Below, in pieces: positions 11,764 to 21,180 of a stretch of DNA of 64,000 bases. Under the pieces are notes generated by a model that was not told the origin of the DNA, ran no database searches, and worked only from the letters and a program-made list of their open reading frames with translations. The stretch is from Amphiscolops sp. MND2022. Its lineage: Eukaryota. The stretch spans positions 94,862,001-94,926,000 of the forward strand of contig OZ076409.1 of the NCBI GenBank assembly GCA_964187785.1, written 5' to 3'. Made by a program: the position numbers and the translations under genes. Each line of letters starts with the position of its first letter. Position 1 is the first letter of the stretch.

Positions 11764-12035
11764 AGTTTTGGGTTTGGTAGTGCGTAACCAACTGCTGCCG
11801 ATAACAGGCCCACCCAAAATGACATGTCTTCACAGGATGGTTTATCAAGTGCAATTTTCAAGAGACTTGTGACTACTATTATGAAAATTAATGCTGCCTG
11901 GGTAAAAAATACAACTTCAGATCGTGATAAAGTTACTGAATTACGAAACCTCCACAAGGAATTTTCGCTTGAGCTGTTTTCAATGGTGTCTTCTACTGCT
12001 ATGCAATCAGCTATATCAACCGCTTGCTCTTCCAT
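11760..12035 (-). CDS. Small two-TM membrane protein
   Basis: Two hydrophobic helices; CEDM.FW..LL...VGY.LP.PKL shared with 31094..31372. Confidence 0.8.
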   Translation of the reverse strand: MEEQAVDIADCIAVEDTIENSSSENSLWRFRNSVTLSRSEVVFFTQAALIFIIVVTSLLKIALDKPSCEDMSFWVGLLSAAVGYALPNPKL

Positions 12036-12093
12036 TGTGATGAAAAATGATTTTGATTTTAAAATCCTTTTGGTTCTCACATATACAAACAAG

Positions 12094-12363
12094 TCATACA
12101 TCACAAGTATAAAAAATGTATTTATTGAAAGCATCACTAGATTTTATTGTTATCCGGAAATCACAAGTTTTCCTCTTCGCATCAGATTGGTACATTGCAA
12201 TTTGTGTTACTCCGGGTGTACATTGAATTTCTTCTGCAATTTGTTTGGGTAGTCGCGTATCATTCGGTCCTGACCAGATGATGGCTTTGCTAATGTTATT
12301 GGGCAGTTGAATAGGCTGAATATTTCTTTCTTCCATCAAATTTTGCAATCGTTGGTTTGGCAT
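12094..12363 (-). CDS. Hypothetical Polinton protein
   Basis: Positional counterpart of 31708..32052 with weak similarity (LPKQIAEEI vs LPQEVRDVV; FRITI vs FKIDL). Confidence 0.5.
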   Translation of the reverse strand: MPNQRLQNLMEERNIQPIQLPNNISKAIIWSGPNDTRLPKQIAEEIQCTPGVTQIAMYQSDAKRKTCDFRITIKSSDAFNKYIFYTCDV

Positions 12364-12646
12364 GTTGACAATTAAATGTAGCAGTATAATTGAATACGGT
12401 GTCTGTTGACAATAAGGCTGCTTTGAGGCAATTGTATTCTTCTAAAGTCAACTGAATTACTGCTTTCTTAAGAACGTTATGACCTGCAATCTGAGCTATT
12501 TCTTCCTTCGCAAGGCTAATTTCGCCGTGATGTAAACTGGCATTATCTCCCACTGCCATCGGATGGGCGGTTGTTTGCATGGTCAGTGTTAGATTCTGTG
12601 AGAGAGGTAGCTGGAGAACTTGGGCTTTGTATGGTGACACAGCCAT
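12296..12646 (-). CDS. Hypothetical Polinton protein, possibly PC4-like
   Basis: ATG ORF in the compact gene array; IQLTLEEYNCL resembles the PC4 C-terminal I-x-L-x-x-E-x-aromatic pattern. Confidence 0.45.
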   Translation of the reverse strand: MAVSPYKAQVLQLPLSQNLTLTMQTTAHPMAVGDNASLHHGEISLAKEEIAQIAGHNVLKKAVIQLTLEEYNCLKAALLSTDTVFNYTATFNCQHAKPTIAKFDGRKKYSAYSTAQ

Positions 12647-13142
12647 TTTTGTTGATTTGATTTAACAACCAACAATAGAATAGGTAAGCTTTCTTTTTTG
12701 AGCAGTGATCGAAGTAGTAGTCGGGGTGGATATGGTTAGTACAGATTGTATTCTCAAAATTGACGAATTCGGTTACTTTTGGACAACCAACTAATTCCAA
12801 GTCGACAGTGTTGAATAAATGACTGCGTAAGTAGTTGCACTTGGCTTCGCCTTTTGCATAGAACACTGCGTTTGGAAAGCGGATTTTCAAACTGGTAAAG
12901 AATTGGTAAATGAATGAGTAGTCGTGAGTTCCAGAGTTCCAGTCTAAACCGTGCAAATGTTTGCTGCACCAAAGGTATGTACGTCTTCTCTCGGCGGGTA
13001 CTTGATCAATGTGACACTGCGGCTTTAATAGTAATGTATCTTGATATGAAGGACCAAAAACTGATATTTCTTTTATCAGGTATGGCTCGTTTTTGTGCTT
13101 GAAACCTTCAAAGTCGATGACAACGCAATCCAACTTTATCAT
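12543..13142 (-). CDS. DEDD/DnaQ-like exonuclease, element A
   Basis: VVIDFEGF..IKEISV, HGLDWNSG, YAKG..K, DLE..GCP, C..H..HC motifs; homologue at 32057..32626. Confidence 0.8.
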   Translation of the reverse strand: MIKLDCVVIDFEGFKHKNEPYLIKEISVFGPSYQDTLLLKPQCHIDQVPAERRRTYLWCSKHLHGLDWNSGTHDYSFIYQFFTSLKIRFPNAVFYAKGEAKCNYLRSHLFNTVDLELVGCPKVTEFVNFENTICTNHIHPDYYFDHCSKKKAYLFYCWLLNQINKNGCVTIQSPSSPATSLTESNTDHANNRPSDGSGR

Positions 13143-13445
13143 TGTTGGCTCCGGGGCAGTGTGTTGAAGCAAATTTTACTGCAAATGAATATTGTAACGC
13201 TTTTGGATCGAGGTTACCGAGGTTCTGGGTGTTTGTTTTTAAAAGACAAGCTAATCGATAAACTTTGCTCGTCTTGAAAACTCAGCAGTTCTGATTCTGG
13301 ATGAAACTCTGTAAAGCTTTCGGAATGAATTGATATCAACCAATAGGCGATTTTTATGGTATAAACCAATCACGTTGCCACAGAATTGACCTTAAGGCTG
13401 AGAATTTGCAATCCAATGCCTAAAGGTTGGTGTTACCGAATTCGT

Positions 13446-13805
13446 TCAGCATTCCAGCAACCAGAATTCATCATAATATTGAATTCGGTACCGCAATGCT
13501 AGACATGCTGCTCTCAGTGGACCAATTGTTCTGTACTGATGTTTCCGTTCACAATCAACACCCTTCAGAATTAAACCGTGATGAACAGCCAACAATCTTG
13601 TTGCTTCTTGTATGATTTTCACTAGTCGATAAATTTTTGAGTTTTTGTACAGCCAGTTGAATCGGGGTAGTTGTATTTTGTCTTCCAACAGTTCGAATAT
13701 CCCTCGTTTTTGTATTTGTCTGCAAAGTCCCATGACATAACTCCGAAATCGAATGCTACGATCTCTAGTGTACACTTTTCGACAAGCTAATGCCTTTGAT
13801 TCCAA
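13446..13805 (-). CDS. Conserved terminal Polinton ORF, unknown function (start uncertain)
   Basis: YKNSKIYRLVKIIQEA..IGPL...L.Y aligns with YKYCKVYRLFVIVRDS..VRPL...LKY in 32616..33035. Confidence 0.65.
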   Translation of the reverse strand: MESKALACRKVYTRDRSIRFRSYVMGLCRQIQKRGIFELLEDKIQLPRFNWLYKNSKIYRLVKIIQEATRLLAVHHGLILKGVDCERKHQYRTIGPLRAACLALRYRIQYYDEFWLLEC

Positions 13806-13896
13806 GTATCTAATGTCATCGATTGAACAATTATTTGCATTCTTCTACCATGCATAGCGTCGACCGTTTCTCGTGATGTGATTGACGAAAATGAAT

Positions 13897-14247
13897 CTAA
13901 TGGTACCATAGGTATTTTTCACAACGTTTACCACCGTAAGGATCAGGACATTGGCAAGCTATAACTCCTACGTCTTCAACTATGAAACATATTCCTCCAT
14001 TCTGACAGTATCCTTCGGAGTCTTTTGCGCATGTGGTTCCGTTGTGAGTAGGTGATGAAAAATATTCAACTGCATGGTAATAGTCATGTTCATAATCGTC
14101 TGTGTGGCTCGATGGTAGCAATAATGTACCGGTGTAAAATAACATCAAGGCAATTATAATGAAAGTTACAAAAACAATAGAAAATCGAACAAGCAACTGT
14201 CTTTGATTCATTCTCTGATGATAATGACCATGATGATTTTGTCTCAT
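13897..14247 (-). CDS. Type-II membrane protein with C-terminal EGF domain (EGFR-ligand-like)
   Basis: N-terminal hydrophobic helix FSIVFVTFIIIALMLFYTG; C-x7-C-x5-C-x10-C-x-C-x8-C with YGGKRC; NGT sequon; no introns. Confidence 0.88.
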   Translation of the reverse strand: MRQNHHGHYHQRMNQRQLLVRFSIVFVTFIIIALMLFYTGTLLLPSSHTDDYEHDYYHAVEYFSSPTHNGTTCAKDSEGYCQNGGICFIVEDVGVIACQCPDPYGGKRCEKYLWYH

Positions 14248-14348
14248 GCAATGTTTCGTGTCTCACACTAAAAATTGACCTCTATAGGTGAATGCGTCGC
14301 AACCAACTCAGAACGCTTCATAGTACAGTAATATTGCAGCTCTTTGAG

Positions 14349-14427
14349 CTCCCCATGGCCCAGTGGTAGGCCATCTGACTGCGGCCCCGGATGTCGGGGG
14401 TTTGAGCCCCACCAACCAAAATATTTT
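14349..14427 (+). ncRNA. tRNA-like (tRNA-Cys-resembling) Pol III unit; not a functional tRNA
   Basis: A-box TGGCCCAGTGG, D-arm GGCC/GGCC, T-arm GGGG-GTTTGAG-CCCC (variant B-box), TTTT at 14424-14427. Acceptor stem does not pair. Confidence 0.55.
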
Positions 14428-14699
14428 CGTTATGACCCGATACCTGTAAATTTGAGCCGGTCTTACATCGGGTCCCCATGTTTTAAGATATGGTTATGAC
14501 CCGGACCCGTTCAAATCATACGGCATATTGCACCCCACTACTGTCCTAGTTATTTTTCACAGATAAAGGTCTAGTTTACTTTAACGATTGTAGTTCTTCT
14601 TTCTCCGTCAAGGAACGAGATAATCGAAAAAGTATATTCCTTTTGTATTCTCTGTAATGAGAGAAAGTAATAAAAAGTTGCAAAATTTGTTTTCATTTC

Positions 14700-14777
14700 C
14701 AAAAGCGGCTGTTGGATTCAGGTTCTGCAGTGAAGCCAACACGCATTCGAAGACCTTCTGTATTTCAGTAGGATGAA
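14700..14777 (-). CDS. AVL9: Probable AVL9 exon (3' boundary unresolved)
   Basis: Acceptor ..TTTGAAAG| in phase 1 matches the preceding donor. EIQKVFECVLASL resembles the AVL9 IRxQFxxYLxxL helix. Confidence 0.4.
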
Positions 14778-15170
14778 CTTTCAAACACAAGGAAATGAAC
14801 GTCATAAAAAGGTCATAAGTAACAGCAAAAGTCCAGGATTCAGTCTTTCTACTTTGATTACTCCATTTAACTAACTTCATAAACTAACAATTTCCTTTTT
14901 GTACTTACTATAGTGTTTAGACCTCGGCAAATCTAAATGCAACTTCAGCCATCCAATTAAACCGCAAAAAGCGATAGTTGATGAAAAATGAACAATAGAA
15001 ACTGGAGGTACGCATAAAACTAATATCCGAATACATCACATTTGATCTACATGTATACACCAAATCCTCACGATGTTAAACTTGAGCTTTGACAATCGAA
15101 ACTGAAAGAGGCTCAAAGTTCTAGGTTTTTGAGAAGCTAATTTTGGGCTTTACAATGCCACCACGCGCAC

Positions 15171-15480
15171 CAGAGCTTAGACAGGAATTTTCGCCCAGGA
15201 ATTTCAAATTTAGCGATTCAAATTAGCGGTAATTAATAGAATGTCCAGAATCAAAATTCCTCAGTCTTATACGGAGTACCAAGATGAATTTCAAAAATTT
15301 CTAACTCTAACTGTAAAACTCGCACCGTACAAAAATTCCAGTATGTTTTTCTTGAAAAACTAAATTAGGTTATCATTCAATTTCGAAAGATAGTTGAAAT
15401 CAAACATTTTTTTCAGCGGAACAGCAATTTTCAAATTAGCGGTTTAGCGATTAGCAAAAATTAGCTATGTCAAAACCCTG
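15171..15480. mobile_element. hAT-like MITE (old)
   Basis: Imperfect TIRs CAGAGCTTAGACA / TGTCAAAACCCTG, degenerate 8-bp flanks ACGCGCAC / ATCGGCAC; related inverted partial copy at ~34024-34270. Confidence 0.55.
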
Positions 15481-15672
15481 ATCGGCACCAGGTTTGCAAA
15501 AATTCAACTTTTTAAAAGAGAAATTATATAGTGATTTTTTTAAAAATTATTTTTTTTGGGTTTTTCGATCCCAGATGAATCGCAAATTTTTAAAGCTCCA
15601 AGCAAGGTGTCAGTCAAACTGCGGCGCGGGCGGCGACTGCTGTCCGATTGGTGGTCAGTTTGTTCGACTAAC

Positions 15673-15883
15673 CGATGCCTTCTGACTTGATGTGTCTCTG
15701 GGCGGCTGCGGTGAGTTCGTTGGAGAAGCGGATGTCTTCCGTGGAGAGATGCAGCAGTCTCTTCATCTCCAGGTTCTTCCACTCGAACGTCACGTTCTCC
15801 TCGTCAACTGTCACGACCACGTCCGAGGATAGTCCCCCGTACTGCGAGACAAACAGCGCGTTCGTGCAGCCCACTGAGAACGC
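15673..15883 (-). CDS. AVL9: AVL9 exon
   Basis: AFSVGCTNALF..DVVV....EMKRLLHLSTEDIRFSNEL matches AVL9 GATNILF..ELRKLLxxTTADLRF. TTGTAG acceptor, GTTAGT donor. Confidence 0.85.
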
Positions 15884-15938
15884 CTACAATTAACACACAC
15901 ACACACACACGCACACTCCTGATGATTGCGAACAAGAT

Positions 15939-16294
15939 AGTAGTTAAGATTTCCGCCGGCCTTTCAACGGGGGGGGGGGTCCTCGGTTTTCACGGGGTGG
16001 GTCCTTGCTCTGAAATTTTAGGACCTATCCCTAAAAGGAAGGGGTCCTTCCAAATTGGTGTTCGGAAATACTTCGGCTTTTGACTACGAAAGTAAATTAT
16101 TGGTCGGATTCTTTTTGTATTCGTTTTTTGGATTCTTTTTGTATTCGTTTTTGGAATAGGATTTTTGCGAAAGTACATGTAAAAGCGTAGACACTCTTGT
16201 TTATTCTTTGAATGTCTGAAAGTTTGGAAAGTACTAACCTTGAAATTTTGTTGTAATTGAATTGTAAAGCTGGATTGACTAATACTGGTACAAC
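15939..16294 (+). repeat. Left TIR of Polinton B
   Basis: Reverse complement of 33270..33629 apart from two substitutions that I could see and the G-run length (11 vs 15). Contains a 24-bp internal tandem duplicate. Confidence 0.95.
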
Positions 16295-16614
16295 TTTCTT
16301 GTAAATAAAGGGAGTGGTATTTCCAACTTTCTTATCTGTATGAACACTTAATATTATTAGGAATAGTAATATGCGTTCCCCCAAATGTAGTGGTAGCGGT
16401 GTTCTTATTTCTACCTGTAAAATATCTTAACTTTCCAACAAATTCGTTTTGAATCTACATGTTGTTGCTAACCCCTGACCTACCCAAGTTAAATTTAATA
16501 TAACTGTAAACCACCATTCTTCGTTTCAACTCTTGTTTGAAAACAAAATGAATTTCACAAATTCAAGCTTTATTATGCTGTTAACGTTATACAAAGAAAA
16601 ATTAGTGAATGATA

Positions 16615-19600
16615 TTACTGTAATTCATTATCAATATAAAATTTGACTTTTTTCTGAGGAGGGGGACCACGGGTGGGAACTTTCACTGCTTCACAGTCTA
16701 AAAATACATTTGGTTGGGTATTGGGTAAGTCTTCTTCGAAATCAGACAACTCTGTTAGGTCAATAACGTCTGGTAATTCACTTTCTTCTATTGCATCTTG
16801 ATTAAGTCCAGGGTCGGGTGGGGAAAATAAAGCTGGTTGGTTGGAGTTTGACTGTATCGGTGACTGAATAAAGTCCTCCTCCTCGTCCCCCCAATCACAA
16901 TCCGCCCCAATTTCTCTGAATATTACGTCGTCTCGCAAAGAATAATGTCCAAAAGGTAAGGTATCAACGCCGTTTGGCATTATATATCTTTTATCGTCAA
17001 AACAGCTTAGAGAAATTTTTGTCGTCTGCAAGGTAAACAGATTATGTCTTTCACTATTTATTGTGTAGTTTAATGTTCTAAGTAGTGTTTCTTTTTCGAG
17101 AATTCGATAAAATACAGAGTGTTGTAGGTTCTTTTGTGCATGTTTGGTGGTTCCTTTTGCAGAAATTTTTTGTTGATCACCCATCGCGATTGAATACAAT
17201 TTTGATTTTAGTGCAACAATGCTGTGTATGATTTTACCACCAACTTCGTCTTTGAATTTCAAAGTTTCCAACTTTTGATGTTTGGAATATAGTTGATTAT
17301 CTTCTTTATAGTTTGAAAAGTCAAACTCTGGGTGCACTTGTTCGTTTTCTTTGAGGTCAGCGTATATGTCTTCCGATTCGATTTCATAAATTAGGGAATC
17401 TGTATCGGAGTAGAGCACTAATGTTCGGAAGTTTGGTTTCATGTACATGTAATGAAACCAGTACATATGTCGTTTAGATAAATCCAAGATGGTAGCGCCG
17501 ACTATCGTTGGCTTGTCCCAGTAAATTTTGCGCTGTGCAAACGTTATGGCAGCCAACTGGTTGTTGAAAATCTTGAACGTTTTCATCCACATTTTGCTTG
17601 TTTGCTTTTGCAACTCATCTTGCGTGCGGACAATCTCAATGGACAATCGTTTTCTTTTACTTTCCATGGTTTTACCAAAAGCAGAGTTGCTCATTAGTTT
17701 GAAAAAGTTTTCTTCAAACTTGTTTGTAGACGCTTTTCGTTTCATTGTGTTTAACTGTATACATGGCTGAAGCCATTTTGACTGTTCAAATTGCAACACT
17801 CTATGTACTTTGGTAACTTGTAACCCCAGTTCACAGTATAATTTCAATGTCATGTAATGTATAGTATATTTGGTTTTGTCGTAGAGTGTTTGGATCAACT
17901 TTTTGTTTTTTGTTGAAAAGGTCTTTGTTCCACTCATTTCCAGCAGTCGTGTTTGATATTCACCGAGCCAAAAAAAAATTAATTGTTTCCTTCGTAGGAG
18001 CCAAAGGGAAATCAGTGTGTAAATCGTGCAAATGATCAGGATAATGCAAGTCAACTTCCAATACATATCCAACTGGTGAGTCATTTGGAGTATTTAGTAT
18101 TTCTTGTAGGTCAACTTCGCCTTCTCTTTTCAATACAAAGTTTTTTAAAGGCAAGGGGAACTTTTCCATGATTCCTCCATACAAGTTGTTTGCATCAATA
18201 AACAACCCAAATGTTTGCTTCTGTGAAGAGTTGTATGTTGGTAGATAATTGTTATTTGCTTCAAATTTGCGTTTTGCAAACACGGAAGAAATTCCTCCGC
18301 GGATTAGGTTTTCAGCAACTTCAAGGTGTTCTCGATTAGTTAGTAATTCGATATCTGCGTTGCACACTTTAAGGAAGGCTTCACCGGACAAATTTGACGC
18401 AGTATAAAAATGAGCACAATCCAGTCCGTAAGTTGCATAACACACTTTTCTAAACTCTTCGAATACCGAGGCCAAAATCAAAACATCGGTGTGTAAATAT
18501 AAATCGTGATAGTGACCTAGTGTTTTGCAATCAAACTCTTGGTATACAAGACTAGCATGTTGTGAATCCTGATCACTAATTGTGACTTCACCCCCTGCGA
18601 GAGTGTTTATCCAAAACTCTTTTGGGGGAAGCTTTTCCTCGGCAAATTTATCGAAACTGTCCATGTATGAATAGGGATAAACACCTTTCCTTTTCAGCAA
18701 GTCAATTTGCGACGGTGTTTTGTATGTATTGAATTGACTCTCCAGATAAATGAATTTATCCTGTGGTAAGAAACCCGCCAGTTTATCTAGTGACTGGGGC
18801 ATGAACTTGAAAGAGTCCAAGAATCGCATGTCTTCATATACATTTTTTGTCATTCCATTCTTGTCAGTATATGAGTTTACCCACACAGAAAATGTGAAGG
18901 AAATGTACTTTTCGTCAGTTGTAGGAATAACTGAAAACTTGTTCTTTGGATTACAATTGTTGATTGCCGAACAAATGTGGTGTATATCATATCCAGCCAT
19001 GTTGTGTGCTATCACGGGGGTGAAGTTTATTGACTTCCTTTGTAGATTACATTCTGAATGTGCCCACCCTAGGAATGTACCACTGTAATGACAATGGTCC
19101 AACACTTTCTGCTCGTCATTCGTGAAAGGTTTTTTACAAATCCAACAATCATTTACAGTGTCTTTGTGCGTCGAAGGCTTGCCCTTGTAAATTCGGTGAC
19201 TTTGTTTTCTATGATAAATGTCTGTTGCCAATTTTTCCAATTCTTTTATTAAATCGTCCAAGCAATCGGGACCTCGCATGATTCTGTAAGACAAAACTTT
19301 ATCATTTCCATGTTCTACAATTACAAAAGCATAACCACAAGGCACATGTTTTTCCAACTTTACTTGACTGCTAATACTGGGTGAAGGAGCGCATGTAGAT
19401 AAAGAGCGCATGTAGAAGCGCCTGAAGCGAGGCACTAGGAGCGCTTCAGTATCAAGGTAAATAACCAGTGGAACAAACCAAACTGCTCTTGTATTTTTGA
19501 ATTGATGTATGTTTTTATGCTCATCGGGTAAAATGATTGCCGCGGCCTCGTTTTCGTAACAGTTGAGCTTGTGTATTTCGAAACTCCCGGTTGAACTACA

Positions 19601-20808
19601 AATATGAAAACAGTTTCTGCAAATTTCATCCCTCGATCTACTTTGTTTATTTTTCAAAAAGTTTACGAAATGTTTCAAATCAGTAATCAGTACGTAGTGA
19701 TGAGAACCTCCTTCTGACAACAATAAAAGATCCATGATAAAGTCACTGGGGAATTTAGAGACTCTGAGAGGTAACAAATCTTTCTTCTCCAATATAAACA
19801 CATTGACTTGGACTTTGTTGAGTTTTTCGAATCGTTCAAGTTCATGAAACGGCATTGGCATCCGAAAGTTGCCTGCATGCTTTTTTGCCAGAGGATTATA
19901 TGTAGGATTATAAGTGCCTGGGTTTGTTTTGCAGCGCCACGAACTTGTTTCAACCAATGGTATGTCTGTGTGCAAGTGGTAAGCGGCCGTATAACAATAC
20001 ATAAAGCAATTCTCATCTTCAATGTTCCGAATATTGAGTAGTGACCTACAACCTTGAAGTTTATTTGGAAGTGCGATGTAAGAGCTACCCCGAATGGGAG
20101 AATAGGATGTAAATTTAACAAAAAGGTTTTTAATTTCCGACAAAATCCACCACTTCCTTGGGATGCAAAAGTAAATAAAGCTGAAGTAAGTTGTTCTATC
20201 AATTGATAATAGTCGTTGTCTGTGATCCCATAAAAGTAAACTGGTTGCAACTTTGTGTTGGTATAAATTGTGATTGTCTCTTGAGAGTCATCATCAACTT
20301 TCGGTTTAACTAACTTCAATTCAGTTGTTAATTGAAATTTCTTGGGTCCATTGCGACATTTTTCTCTAATAAGCTTTTGTATTTGATTTTTTTCCTTACA
20401 AAGTAGTTCGAATAAATCAATTGATGTGATCCTTCGCTTGAGTTGATACGTTTCCAATGATCCCCAAAAGGCTTTTTCCACCTGTTGATAACCGGTCATT
20501 CTTTTGATGTTGTCATTTTCGCGGGGTGTAAATATTGTTGGTAAACCATGATCATGCTCAAGATGATACGAGTATTTCATAGCTTCACCGTAAACTATGT
20601 TGCAATAAAGGCAATGATTTACTATTATATGTCCATGTTTTTGTAAAAAATGTGGTTTCATCGTAACCAGAGAAGTGTTTTGAAAATCACAATCGGAGCA
20701 AGCAAAAGGTTGAACTTTGGGTTGTGTGTTGTGTAGATTTTGCTTGTGCCGACGCAAATTTCTCAAAGAACTATATGTTTTTAGACAAAGATCACACTCC
20801 ACACCCAT
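16615..20808 (-). pseudogene. pPolB, element B; frameshifts near 20150 and 17970
   Basis: C2H2 fingers (MGVECDLC.., CSDC, CLYC), NCFMYC..HHYVLI, CWIC..DHCH..AHSECNL, RFLDSF, KGVYPY, DANNLYG, KLMSNSAFGK, YSDTDS, DDKR. Confidence 0.95.
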
Positions 20809-20892
20809 TTTGGAAAGTCGAGTGTTCCTCAATGTTGAGATTGAGAAAATGTTTTTGCACTTCGCTCCGATCAATTAAGGAGGTGATTACCA

Positions 20893-21125
20893 TTTATGGT
20901 ATCCCGAGCGACTGAATTCTTTGAATTCTGATTCGATCACTATTTATGGTATCCCAGGTGCCATTTTTACCAGGAAAATTGTTTGCATGTTCGACTTTTA
21001 ACAAGGCGATAACCAATTATGGTATCCCGAGAGACTGGATTTCTTTAAATTTTGATTCGACCACCTTTTACGGTATTCCAGGCGCCATGTTTTTTCCAGG
21101 AAAATTGTATGCATGTTCGACTAAC
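20893..21125. repeat. ~123-bp diverged tandem duplication upstream of pPolB
   Basis: TATGGTATCCCGAG..GATTCGA..CCAGGAAAATTGT.TGCATGTTCGACT occurs twice; TATGGTATCCC-like motif occurs four times. Confidence 0.8.
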
Positions 21126-21180
21126 TTTTTTTGTTTCCGTATATTGACTGCTGGGCATTATAGGGGGGGAGGAACGGGAA

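Larger units (their letters stand above)
1..14542 (-). mobile_element. Polinton/Maverick element A (left end outside window)
   Basis: Full Polinton core gene set in the same order as element B. Putative terminus ...CCCCACTACT at 14542 (AGTAGT on minus, the same terminal hexamer as B), followed by host-like sequence. Partner TIR and TSD are not visible. Confidence 0.9.

Noticed and set aside
14560..14700. Possible non-canonical GA-AG mini-intron in AVL9
   Set aside because: The downstream frame cannot be verified by homology; needs cDNA.
15990..16384. ORFs within the TIRs of element B (also 33078..33574)
   Set aside because: Mirror-image translations of TIR repeats with no protein signature.
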